DNA of 64,000 nucleotides from Pachysolen tannophilus NRRL Y-2460 (lineage: Eukaryota), in assembly GCA_001661245.1 (NCBI GenBank), contig KV454014.1:574954-638953 (forward strand), read 5' to 3'. Under the pieces are notes generated by a model. That model was not told the origin of the DNA. It saw nothing but the letters and a program-made list of their open reading frames with translations, and searched no databases. Of this stretch, positions 12,301-24,175 are shown one piece after another (position 1 is the stretch's first letter; each line of letters starts with the position of its first letter). A program made the translations under genes and the position numbers.

Positions 12301-13168
12301 TACAAGAAAGATTAGGGAGTTAGGAATATTACCGGAAGAAGCATTTACAAGCTTTAAAAATGATTCTGCCGAATTCTTGTTGAAGGAATTGAATAGAGTC
12401 AACGATAAGTTGAAGAAGTATAATCACATTAATCGAAAGGCCTTGGAGCAGTCTATTACTTTCACAAAACAAAGAGATGACTTAGTATCGAGAAGAGATG
12501 AATTGGACACAGCTAAACAATCTATTGAAGACTTGATAAATGTTTTAGAGCAACGTAAAGATGAAGCCATTATCCGAACATTCAAAGAAGTCGGTGAAGG
12601 TTTCACAGAAATTTTTGAAAAATTAGTACCACGCGGAACAGGAAAATTAATTATGCAACGTAGAAGCACGCATGGTACTTCTGCTGCAACTGCTGATGAT
12701 AGTGATGTCGAAATGATGGATGATAGTCCGAATGACAACGACTACGATGATTCTTCAAGAAATATGAGAACAGCTGCTTCTTCTTCTATTGACAATTACA
12801 TTGGTGTTTCGATAGAAGTCTCATTTAATTCTAAAAATGATGAACAGCAGCGTATTGAACAACTCTCTGGTGGTCAGAAAACCGTATGTGCCATAGCATT
12901 AATTTTAGCAATTCAAAAGTGTGACCCTGCGCCATTTTACCTGTTCGATGAAATAGATGCTGCGTTGGATACGCAGTATAGAATTTCTGTTGCAAAGTTA
13001 ATTAATGAATTAACCGAAGACGGAAAACAATTCATTTGCACCACATTTAGGCCTGAAATGTTAGAGGTTGCTGATACCTTTTTAGGTGTTATATTTAGTA
13101 ATAAAGTGAGCACTGTTAGTGAGATTAATAGAGAAGAAGCTTTAGGTTTTATTGAGGGTCAAAGTTGA
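9375..13168 (+). CDS. SMC3: Cohesin SMC3 subunit; exons 9375-9389 and 9539-13168
   Basis: Spliced N-terminus MYIKK|IVIQGFKTY; Walker A GRNGSGKSNF, hinge domain, signature LSGGQK, Walker B FDEIDAALD. Confidence 0.97.
9390..9538 (+). other. Spliceosomal intron of SMC3 (149 nt)
   Basis: GTGAGT donor, TACTAAC at 9508-9514, CAG acceptor; splicing yields the canonical SMC3 N-terminus. Confidence 0.93.
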
Positions 13169-13440
13169 AGGATTTGTTGTTTTCTGTCTATATTTATTGC
13201 ATCGCTAGTTTTTATATTTTAAAGTTGCTAGAGATTAAGGTCTATATTGAATTTACTTCTCTGACTTTGACTTCTAATTTTCGTAACAAATTCAAGGTTT
13301 AATTTAATTATTTTAATTAATTTATAACTTCTAAATATGTAGAAACTTCGGGAGCCTTCTACAATACTATATAACGTATGCTAATTTTTTTAAACTTATT
13401 ACATGGATTTTGAGACTGAATCACAACATGAGAGAACAAC

Positions 13441-16400
13441 TTATAACTTCTTCGCATCTTTCATCAAATCCATAAATCCACTTTTCCTCCTACGTCTCCG
13501 TTCCTTATCAGTTAAATTTCCAACCAAACTATGAGCCAACTTAGCATCTAAAAACTTTTTTGGTCCAGGTTCAACAAAATCAGAGTCACTCTCGTCTTCA
13601 GAATCGGAAGAAGATTCGCTGTCAGAAGATGATGACGATAATGACGAGTCATTTTCATCTGAGCCTGATCCTGGAGCGGCAATGGTAACTTTTTTAGCTA
13701 GACCCGATTTAAAATGAGGTTGCGAAGACGACATTGATGGTGGGGGCTCTTTAACATCAGGTAAACCGCGTTCAACCAATTCTGATAATGACGGTAAAGA
13801 AGATATTCTTAATGGAGAATTCAGATTCTGGGAAGCAAGGACGGCTTCTTTCTCTTCATCTGAAAGTCGTTCTTGAGACTCATCTTTGTTTTCCTCTTTT
13901 TTATTTTGAAAAACGGTCGTAGAGATTCCAGGAGAAACGACTGAGTCGTTTCTTAGCGTATTTTGTTTAGAAACTGTTGCTGAAGTATTAGTTTCTTCCT
14001 TTGGAAGATTTACAACCCTTGGTTTCTTGGAATTTGAAATTTGACTTGCATCATCTGAGTCTATATCGGATACAGAATCAGAATCAGAATCTTCGTCCTC
14101 AGAATCTTCTTCTTCTTCTTCACTTGAACTAGAACTCACGTCTGTATCTTCCTTTGATTCGTTTGATTCTTTTGACTCCAATTTTTCCTGTTCTTGCTTC
14201 TTCTCATTTTTTTCAATTTCCTCCTTTGCTGCAATTGTTTTATCCGCTTCAATTATTCCTTTGTTATCATTCGGCTTGGTATGATGCGTAGGTGACTGCA
14301 AAGTATTATCGTCTACCTTCTTTGTTGGATTTTGAACGCGATTTTCAGTAATTTCCACTGCTTCCGGTTTGTTATTCAGTGGTAACGGCGAGTCAAATGT
14401 CAGAAACAAACTTTCTACGTCTATAACAGACTTGTTTGAAAAGAAGGGAGAACTTTTTACCTGGTCAATGAGACCAACAGATATTGATTTTCTTCTACTA
14501 AGTCTTTTCTTTACATTCAATCTGTCCTTTCTTAATGTTTTTAGTTCTTGCTCCTCTTCAGGATTTAGTTTCCTGCCTAACTGCGTCAATCTAGAAATAT
14601 TTTTTTCCACATCATGTTGAGTTGCTATATCGTCCTTATTTTTTTCAACTATATCGAGCAATCTTTGCTCTGCTTTAAGTATTTCCTGTTTTGCTTTCTC
14701 AGCTGATAAACTCTTGTTGTTCGAAGCCCTATTATCTTTAACTGGTGTCTCGATGCTTTGATTTTTATTTCTTTTCGTGATGGAAGCAACCTTAGCGGCA
14801 TCTATTCCCTCATCGCTGAAATCGTTATCAACTTCTTTACTTTTACTGGAATCTGAAATTATGTCATTAACTTTGGTTGCTTCCTTCTGATCTGCGGCGA
14901 TATTATTAGATCTGCTAACATCATAAACTACATTTTTTATATGCTGAACTTCTTTATCGATACTCACCTCTTTTGTAGGAGAAGTAGATCCTGACTCTGA
15001 GTCTACTTCCGAGTCTGACGCTGATAGATTTTCGTCGCTCGTGTTCTCAGTTTCTGCAAAGCTTTCAGTTGGATGGTGATGTATAATCAAATTCTTCTTT
15101 GGTATTCCATCAATTTCAGCTTCATGGTTAAGTGAAGTTCCATTGTTGCCATTACGAATATTATTACTTTTGTAATGTATAGCATTAATGGCTTTCTGAG
15201 CTGCTGCTCTTTTAGGCTTTTCCTTTTCATTTTGAGGATTTAATTTTGAAACGTTGGAGAGAGCAGGTGATGTCAGAGGAGAAACGGAGGAGAGTTTATG
15301 AGAAATAGAGTTTCTTTTCACTTTTTGTTGAAATTTTTCGGGCACTTTCATTCCATTTTTAAACATCTTCATTATTTCTTCCTTTGTCAATGACTCTTTT
15401 TCCAAGTCACCAACTGAAGAATTGCTTTTTCCATCGGAGACTTGCAGATAATCTGATTTTGTTTTCAAATTCGATTCAACTATAAAAGTTGTTGTTAAAT
15501 TTGGATTCAGTTTACCACCCGTTTTAATTGCATTATTATCAGAATTGTGATTTGGCGAAGTCTCCAAAGTTTTCAAAACATGAGTAGTTGACGGTTTTGT
15601 ATTTGGAGTTTCAGCTAAATTCTTGTTTTTCTTCTCTAAATCATATTTTGTCTTTTTCAATTCCGAATGTGAAGTCGACGACAGTGAATACGGCGATAAT
15701 ACATCCTTAGTTAAATCATCAGACAGTGACTGATTTTCAGTTTTTTCCTTTGATAAATCTGGTTGATCCTCTTGAGCTAACATTCCTGAAGTGATTCTCT
15801 TGCCGCTTGTTAACGGGGAAGTTAATGAAACATTATTACGATTTTTCCTTGGTTGCAATTTTAAAGGCTCGTCAACAAGATCAGTTTCTAAGAAATCTGG
15901 CGGAGGCAATGAAATATTGGCTCCATCTTGTTCTGCTTCCTCTCCTTCTTCTCCTTCTTCTCCTTCTTCTCTTTCCTCTCCTTCTTCATTTTCATCCTCT
16001 TCTTCTTTTTCATTATCAGTGCTTTGACCATTAATTTCATCAGCTAATGGATGACGCCTTTTATTTGTTCTATTAGTATTAATGGTGGTTTCCGGGACAT
16101 TATGTACAGTTGCATTAGCAACATGATGATCACTACTGCCATTCCCGCTCAGCGTCAATAGCAGTTTCTTCCAAATTGAACTTGCGCCGCTGTTAATTCT
16201 TTGTTTTTTCGTTGGAACTTTTTGACCAGATTCAAAGTATTCAGAGTCGGATTTACGCTTATCGTTCTTATTGATAAAATCTTCTCCAGGAGCTTTCAAA
16301 TTCGGAGTTTCTTGATTTTTCAAATCCAAATTTATATTTCTAGATACTGAACCCAATGTAGTATTCCCATTAGTTGAGCTATTATAATAATACGAACTTG

Positions 16401-16692
16401 TATCTGAATATGTAGGAAGCTCATTATTCAAATGAGCCAATACTACATTATCAATGTCAAAAATCTGTGAAACTAAATAATCAGGATCTAAATCACATTC
16501 ATTTATATCCTGCAATTTTTCAATTTCTAAATTGTCAATTGATACAGATTCGCTACTGAAATACAATTTGTTAATTTTATTCAAAATTTCATTGGCAACT
16601 TCTAACAAAGTATTTGAAGCTTTAGTAATTAATAAAATCTTTCTGTAATTACTAAAATCCTTACCTCGGTTCTGCTGCTGTTGTTGTTGCAA

Positions 16693-16726
<34 letters not shown>

Positions 16727-16995
16727 TGCAGAAAAAAACTATTATTTGTATAGTTATAGCCATAATAGCTACTCTGAGGAGGAAACGGATCAAATATCGA
16801 TGGTGTATTTGGAACTGTCAGCTGTTGGTTTCTAAGTCCTAGTGGATGTGCCGGCGGTAAATATGAATTGAAAACAGATGGAGCATTATGGGACGACTGT
16901 GGAAGCGATAACTGCTGTCGCAGAGATTGGGATTGAAGACTTGTATATGGTGATGAGTTTGACGGCGGAATAAGAACAACTTGTAATTTAATCAT
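13441..16995 (-). CDS. NET1: Net1/Tof2-like nucleolar Cdc14-binding protein
   Basis: N-terminus MIKLQVVLIPP, then RKILLITKASNTL and LQDINECDLDPDYLV; C-terminal GFMDLMKDAKK; polyQ and acidic low-complexity regions; next to SMC3. Confidence 0.88.
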
Positions 16996-17391
16996 CTCAC
17001 AAAAATTAATAATAAAAAAAAAATTAAAATGAAAATTAAAATTAAAATGAAAAACTAAAGAAACAATTTAAATTATTTTATTTTTTTTTTCCCCTTCAGG
17101 GTCTAAAGAAAGACAATTTTCAAGATCAAAAGATTCTTTTTTACTCTAATTTCAATCTTATAAAACAAAAACTGATAAGGACAAAAAGACTTGATCTTAC
17201 GTTCGGTGTATTTTATTTTATTTTATATTTTTTTTTTTTTTTGGGTTTTTTAATACTGTTTACGAGGTTTGAAAAATTTTTAGTGATAAAATGCTTTTAT
17301 TGACAAAGTACACGACAATGGGGTTTTTTTATCCATTTCAACCATTTGAACCATCTGGATCAGGAGATGGTTCAAGAGATGGAGCATCTGT

Positions 17392-18963
17392 TCAGGAGAA
17401 TGGATTATGTGCTAGCCTTTTCTTGGCTTCCATTTCATTGTGAATCTGGTCTAGAATGTTTTGTCTTCCATGTTCTTGATGTTCTTGTTCTTGTTGTTCT
17501 TGTTGTATTTTGTCTTTGAGATAATCTATATCATCTATATTTTCACCATATCCAAATTGTGGATATGGTGTATTTATTTGAGGACCCCATATTGTTATTT
17601 TGCCATCTAATGATCCAGAATAGTATATGCAAGTATTTTTACCGCCATAAACAATTGAAGTAGTTCTTTGATTGTTTAAAGCATAACCATTTTTCAATTT
17701 TTTCCCTAAAAAATTGCCAATTTCTTGATCATTATTATTATTGTTACCTTTAACTCCATGAGTATTATCTTTAAAAGTTTTAACATTTGTTTTTCTATTT
17801 AACCTATTGATTAGCTTCCCATTTGAAGTGTTAAAAACCAATATTTCTCCATTATCTGAGGGAAACCATAAGTACTGTTGTTCTGTTTCTATCTTTGGAG
17901 ACAACAGTAAGGATAAATGTTGTGGATATTGATTTCTTAATAATGGACCAAAATTAATTAATTTATTTACACCTCTTTCCTGTTTTAGATCCCATATTTT
18001 AATTTTTTCATCATTTCCAAGAGATATTAAATTATCTCCCAGATCATTGAATAATATACTATTTATTGGACCATTATGAGCAGTTTTCACTAAATTTGAA
18101 TAATCATTATCAATATTATATTCCACACCAGATTCTAATCTACGTTTTTTCTGTGGTGAAAAATTCACAGTTTCCAGTGTATTTGTTGCACCATCAACTC
18201 TAAATTGATCCAAGTTACAAACACAACTTTTAGCACGCCTTATATCCCAAATTTTTAATTCTCCATCAACACCACCACTTGCTAAAATATTTGGATTTGT
18301 AGGTGACCATTTCACTGCCAAGATCTTCCCTCGATGCCCACTTAAAGTATGTGAATTGGATGTAGTCTTTAAATCCAATAACCTTATTAATGAAGATTCA
18401 TTCAGTGATGCAATAAGAGAATGTTCTCCAGTTGATGAAATATCAAAATCATATATTTTTGAAGAAATATCAAAAGAATACAGTTCTTTAAAATTATTTG
18501 TATCCCAAACTTTAATCGTATTATCAAATGAAGATGATATAAATAACCCATTATCCAATGGCCACCATTTTATACATGATATTCCAAATTCATGACCCAT
18601 TCTTCTTGGAATTGAAGCAATCGATTTAATTGTTTTCTTATTAATTTCAATATTTTGAAAATTTTCAACATCTTTAAAATTTTTAAAAAAATTTCCACCT
18701 TCATCAATTGTCTGATTAAGATCCCATAATTTGATTGAAGAATCAGAACCTCCAGATAATATAAACCGATTTTCTTGTTTATCAATATCTAAAGAATTAA
18801 TACCACTAGGATGACATCTTTCAGGAAATTTTACTGGATAAAAACTATTTGTTTCTTCTGAAGATAACTCCAATAATCTTGAATAAGATAACTCATTTTG
18901 AACTCTCAATAAAGATTGCCATGATATATTATTCAATGATCGCTCTAATAATAAAGCTTGCAT
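17392..18963 (-). CDS. RAD28: WD40 CSA/ERCC8-like DNA repair protein
   Basis: WD repeats; WWPLDNGLFISSSFD, HTLSGH, LKIWDIRR (DWD box). Confidence 0.88.
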   Translation of the reverse strand: MQALLLERSLNNISWQSLLRVQNELSYSRLLELSSEETNSFYPVKFPERCHPSGINSLDIDKQENRFILSGGSDSSIKLWDLNQTIDEGGNFFKNFKDVENFQNIEINKKTIKSIASIPRRMGHEFGISCIKWWPLDNGLFISSSFDNTIKVWDTNNFKELYSFDISSKIYDFDISSTGEHSLIASLNESSLIRLLDLKTTSNSHTLSGHRGKILAVKWSPTNPNILASGGVDGELKIWDIRRAKSCVCNLDQFRVDGATNTLETVNFSPQKKRRLESGVEYNIDNDYSNLVKTAHNGPINSILFNDLGDNLISLGNDEKIKIWDLKQERGVNKLINFGPLLRNQYPQHLSLLLSPKIETEQQYLWFPSDNGEILVFNTSNGKLINRLNRKTNVKTFKDNTHGVKGNNNNNDQEIGNFLGKKLKNGYALNNQRTTSIVYGGKNTCIYYSGSLDGKITIWGPQINTPYPQFGYGENIDDIDYLKDKIQQEQQEQEHQEHGRQNILDQIHNEMEAKKRLAHNPFS

Positions 18964-19911
18964 TTACTATTTATTTCATTACCTATCTTGTTAATAATTA
19001 TATAATTATTATTACCATATTAACATATTACCGATAACCGATTTCTCTTTTTGGCCTCATCACATACATATATATATATATATATATATCATTCTTTATG
19101 TCCGCAAAACTTGAAAAAGCCCCGAAAACACACAGAAAACCTTCAAACAGCCCCAAACAAGCAAAACAGTCGTGTACCATCCCCTTTTCTATTGATATAG
19201 AAAATTACAAGTTAAAGTTTTACCAAGATGGGCCGGCCCGCCCGTTTAAAAAAAAAAAAACCAGGCCGAAAAACTGACTAGAAAAAAGAAAAAGGAAAAA
19301 AAAAAAAAACAGCCTGCGTAAAAAGAGAAAACTCCACAGTAGTTTTCCGTCCGTGATGAGGCATAAGCATAAACAAGCATCACGAAAAGAACCATCCATG
19401 TTAAATTACTAATACTAGTTAGTGCACAAGCACAAGCACAATAATAAGACTAAAGTATGGTCATAATTATTATCATTAAAAACTACAAGATTACAAAATT
19501 GAAATTGAAATTGAAATTGAAATGTTAAAAGTTATTAAATATTATTTGAAAAAGTGTAAAGTTAGAATAGGTTCAAAAAAAAAAAAATAATCGTAAAACA
19601 AAAAGATCACACACACTCTTAACTCTTTTGTTATGTCTCATTCTCCCTTTTTGGCAAAAAAAAAAAATAATATATATATATATAATAATAAGTTCATAAA
19701 TATCATTATAAAAGCACATTGTAAATACAAACCCATAGACCCTTTTAGAAACTCTCGCGGTCTGATATAAGCAAGATTAACCGCCTCTTAAGGAAATTAA
19801 AAATTAGAAAAGCAAAGAAAAAATAATAATAATAATAATAATAATACTCCGAATATATTAATGCTGTTTTATACCCGTAGTTCATATAGTTTTTTTTTTT
19901 TTTTTTTTTAA

Positions 19912-20247
19912 TTAAAATATGCTCATCATCTTAGAACTAACATTGAAATTATCTGTTAATGCTGAAGCTTCATTTATCTTTACCCAAACAATTGTTGGTA
20001 ATCCAAAAGTTGAAAGAAGATTATCGATATAACCTAGAAAGAATTTGAAAACTTGAGTATAATATAAAATACTTAAAGTTTTATGCAAAGATCTATAAGA
20101 TGAATAAACTAGTAATAATAATAATGCCATTGAAATCATATGAAATGCAATTTTTTCACCAGTAGACATCAAATTATAAGGTGTCATATAGTAATAATAA
20201 TCGATTGCCGATTGTAATTTGGCCCTTAAAGTCTTTGGTTTCGACAT
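19912..20247 (-). CDS. Small membrane protein, Tsc3/ssSPT (serine palmitoyltransferase small subunit)-like
   Basis: YYYYMTPYNLMSTGEKIAFH followed by a hydrophobic helix, resembling Tsc3/ssSPT. Confidence 0.55.
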   Translation of the reverse strand: MSKPKTLRAKLQSAIDYYYYMTPYNLMSTGEKIAFHMISMALLLLLVYSSYRSLHKTLSILYYTQVFKFFLGYIDNLLSTFGLPTIVWVKINEASALTDNFNVSSKMMSIF

Positions 20248-20590
20248 CTTAATAATAATTAATTACTCAATTGATAACTGGATTTTTTTTTTTCTTGTCT
20301 CTTGACTGTATATAGTTAAAATAACTAAATTATATATATTTTTTTTTGCAAATAAAAAAAAAAAAATTTAATAAATATATATATATATATATTTCTTTAA
20401 AAGAGAGAAATTAAAAAAAAATTCATAGCAACGGAGACTTGAATGGTTATTTATATGCAATGATACTGCAACAGATTAGGGATAAATAGAGTGCTTTTTC
20501 ACTATTAAAAAAGAAGAAAAAAAAAAACAGTTCAGAAAAAGAAAAAAGAAAAAAATTCCGGAAATTCCGCCAAAAAAAAAAAAAATAAAT

Positions 20591-21450
20591 NNNNNNNNNN
20601 NNNNNNNNNNNNNNNNNNNNNNNNNNNNNNNNNNNNNNNNNNNNNNNNNNNNNNNNNNNNNNNNNNNNNNNNNNNNNNNNNNNNNNNNNNNNNNNNNNNN
20701 NNNNNNNNNNNNNNNNNNNNNNNNNNNNNNNNNNNNNNNNNNNNNNNNNNNNNNNNNNNNNNNNNNNNNNNNNNNNNNNNNNNNNNNNNNNNNNNNNNNN
20801 NNNNNNNNNNNNNNNNNNNNNNNNNNNNNNNNNNNNNNNNNNNNNNNNNNNNNNNNNNNNNNNNNNNNNNNNNNNNNNNNNNNNNNNNNNNNNNNNNNNN
20901 NNNNNNNNNNNNNNNNNNNNNNNNNNNNNNNNNNNNNNNNNNNNNNNNNNNNNNNNNNNNNNNNNNNNNNNNNNNNNNNNNNNNNNNNNNNNNNNNNNNN
21001 NNNNNNNNNNNNNNNNNNNNNNNNNNNNNNNNNNNNNNNNNNNNNNNNNNNNNNNNNNNNNNNNNNNNNNNNNNNNNNNNNNNNNNNNNNNNNNNNNNNN
21101 NNNNNNNNNNNNNNNNNNNNNNNNNNNNNNNNNNNNNNNNNNNNNNNNNNNNNNNNNNNNNNNNNNNNNNNNNNNNNNNNNNNNNNNNNNNNNNNNNNNN
21201 NNNNNNNNNNNNNNNNNNNNNNNNNNNNNNNNNNNNNNNNNNNNNNNNNNNNNNNNNNNNNNNNNNNNNNNNNNNNNNNNNNNNNNNNNNNNNNNNNNNN
21301 NNNNNNNNNNNNNNNNNNNNNNNNNNNNNNNNNNNNNNNNNNNNNNNNNNNNNNNNNNNNNNNNNNNNNNNNNNNNNNNNNNNNNNNNNNNNNNNNNNNN
21401 NNNNNNNNNNNNNNNNNNNNNNNNNNNNNNNNNNNNNNNNNNNNNNNNNN
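20591..21450. other. Assembly gap (N run)
   Basis: Run of N. Confidence 1.
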
Positions 21451-21869
21451 CCGGAAATTCCGCCAAAAAAAATAATAATAATAATAACAAGGAAAAAAAA
21501 AAAAGAATTTGCGCAGGATCTGTCAGACATATAAGCTGTATAAATTATATGGGCAAATATAGGTGAGAATACATAATATATACAAATTCAAAAGTTTTCC
21601 GTAAGATAAATTGCCGAAATTTTCCATGTAAAAATGTATATGAGATGATATTTTGATCGACGATAAGATGAAGGTAATTAATTAATTCAATTACTTTAAT
21701 TTATAACGGAAATCAGATTTTATATTCTATAAGCCTTTTGAGATCTTAATATGGAGGTTCTATTGTTCCAGTTCAAACGACTTTTAAATGTTAAATGTAA
21801 GATGGCTGGATCTTTTATACCCATATATATATATAATATATAATATAAAATATATATACTTATCACTAT

Positions 21870-23285
21870 CTAAGTTGAGCTTTTTGTAACTGCAAAATAG
21901 TTATTTTCTAAATCTAGTTGATTCTCATCGTCTGTAGTCAAAGTTAGTACTGCAGCTGCCGCTGCAGTAACAGCATCGTGGCTTAACTGGTTATCCACTA
22001 TAAACCGGTCATTACCATTACTATTATTATTATTATTATTATTATTATTGTTATTATTATGGTTGTGCTCGTTATGATCGTGGTGATTACCATTGTGTGT
22101 ATGGAAATTTGAATGTAGTAACATTGAGTCTTCAACTTCGTCTCTGTTTTGTTTGTTCAGCTTGGATCCACGAAGACGTTGCCTCTGTCCAGATCCATGT
22201 CCAGAACCGTGTCCAGAACCATTTCTGGACCCATGCCCAGACGCCTGAGTCTGTTGGTGGTGCTGATGTTGTTGCTGCTGTTGCTGCTGTTCAAATTGTA
22301 GTTGTTGCAGATGCAATTCCTGGAACTCGTCATCCTCAATATCATAGTCATTACTATCTTGTTCTGGGCTCCCACTACGACGATTCTTAGCAGCAGATTT
22401 TAAATAATTTGGAGTTCTAGCATTAGGCATCAAATCGGGATTTTTCTTTCTTGAACGGCAAATAATGCAAACTTTATGATGTTCACTATCATCTAAAGGT
22501 TTAGAACACCTATTACAAAGACCAGCTTCTTCTAACAGTTTCCTTCTAACCTTATCATTTGTTCTACAACGTGAACAAACTTTGAAAATCTTATTACTTC
22601 TATTTTTATCATCTCCTTCGATAAAACTATCATTAGGTCCTGAACAATGCACACACTTCCCTTGAGCAGCACGACTGGCTTTTCTAGATCTTAAAGACAG
22701 TCTACATGGTGGACAAAGAACAAATTGATCTTGCTCATCAGGTATCACCGTACCACACCGACGACAAACCCCATCTTTTTGCTTTGTTCGTATCTGCCAC
22801 CTCCTAGAACGCTGTCTTTGTAAGTCCCTACAATGAGCACATAATTTAAAAGGTTTTGGACCAGTTTGATCAAAACTCTTCTTACACCTCGAACATACCC
22901 CTTGATCAAACTGAACCTGTGAAGAAGATGAGCCCAATAACTGCTCGTGCTCGTGTTCTTGCAACTGCAACTGCTGGCGCAGCTGTTGTTCATCATGCTC
23001 TAGTTCTAGTTCTCGCTCTCTTTCTAGTTCTCGTTCTCGTTCTCGCTCTTTTTCGTGCTCTTGTTCTTGTTCTTGTACACGCAAATGATAATGATGAAGA
23101 TCATTTTGAGAATTGCCGCCGTTAGAACCATTATTCACTTGATTTAAAGACGTAGGAATCGTCATATCCCCATGCAAAGAACTTGGCACCAAGTACTTAT
23201 TGGGCTTTATATCTGTCATAATTCTTTCGTCGTGAACCACATCAATGGTATTTGTAGCAGTAGTAACTGGATCCATCATTACCAA
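21870..23285 (-). CDS. Wor3-like DNA-binding protein with eight CxxC motifs
   Basis: CSRC, CAHC, CRRC, CPPC, CVHC, CSRC, CNRC, CIIC in a basic domain flanked by Q/E/N/H low-complexity tracts. Confidence 0.7.
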   Translation of the reverse strand: MVMMDPVTTATNTIDVVHDERIMTDIKPNKYLVPSSLHGDMTIPTSLNQVNNGSNGGNSQNDLHHYHLRVQEQEQEHEKERERERELERERELELEHDEQQLRQQLQLQEHEHEQLLGSSSSQVQFDQGVCSRCKKSFDQTGPKPFKLCAHCRDLQRQRSRRWQIRTKQKDGVCRRCGTVIPDEQDQFVLCPPCRLSLRSRKASRAAQGKCVHCSGPNDSFIEGDDKNRSNKIFKVCSRCRTNDKVRRKLLEEAGLCNRCSKPLDDSEHHKVCIICRSRKKNPDLMPNARTPNYLKSAAKNRRSGSPEQDSNDYDIEDDEFQELHLQQLQFEQQQQQQQHQHHQQTQASGHGSRNGSGHGSGHGSGQRQRLRGSKLNKQNRDEVEDSMLLHSNFHTHNGNHHDHNEHNHNNNNNNNNNNNNSNGNDRFIVDNQLSHDAVTAAAAAVLTLTTDDENQLDLENNYFAVTKSST

Positions 23286-23720
23286 AAAAAAAAAAAAAAA
23301 AAATCAAATAAATAAAATCAAATAGCCAAAACCAAGCAAATTAATTATCAAAATATGGAAAATTCAACTCAAATACAAAAAAGCCAAAGCCAAACTTATT
23401 CATTTATATATATTCATATATATATGAATATAAATATAAATATATTTATTTATATTCACGGTTTTAATTATATTTAACACAAGTATAAATCAAACACTAT
23501 ATTTACTATTTATTATATTCGTTGCTACTAGAAAACTTTGAAAGCAGAAAGAAATTTACAGCATCTTCAATAAACAGCCCTGAAACAAAAAAACCAAAAA
23601 AAAAAAAAAAAAAAACAACAACAAACCCTCGTACAGCCCTTGAACAGAGTGGTTTTTTTATTTCTTCAAACAACCCCTTTTAAAACAACCCTCAATTGGG
23701 GCTGTCTGTTGTTTTTTTTC

Positions 23721-23754
<34 letters not shown>

Positions 23755-24175
23755 ATTATAAATAGTAGTGCAACTAAGCTCTAATATCTTAAAATAAAAT
23801 TTGTAATCTAAACGCACTACTATATTGTTTCAAAGTTACAGCCCTTATTTGTTGTTTCTCTTTTTTTTTCTGTGGTTTTGTAAAATCACAGCCCCTGTGT
23901 TTCCGCAACAGTTAAGAAAACAAAGAAAAAAAAATAAGAAAATAATAATAATAATAATAATAATAATAGAAGAAGAATAGTAGTATTATAAGAAAAAGAA
24001 GAAGAATAAGAAGAATAAGAAGATAACAAGGTATTATATCTGTTATCTTTTAAATTATTATTATTGGTTTATTTTATTTGTTTTTCAATCTGAAATAGTT
24101 GGCTTTTTTTCTATTTTTTGTTTTTTTTTTCTTTTATTTCTTTTTTGGTTTTTATATGATAAGCAAGTGGGTGTG

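Noticed and set aside
19345..19390. CGTGATG...CATCACG inverted repeat with a C-box-like GTGATGA (snoRNA?)
   Set aside because: No matching D box or guide sequence; the stem is short and could be chance or a PAC-like element.
20447..21530. Long ORF-track entries spanning N gaps (also 36900-37464 and 51696-52190)
   Set aside because: They are artefacts of translating N runs and homopolymers.
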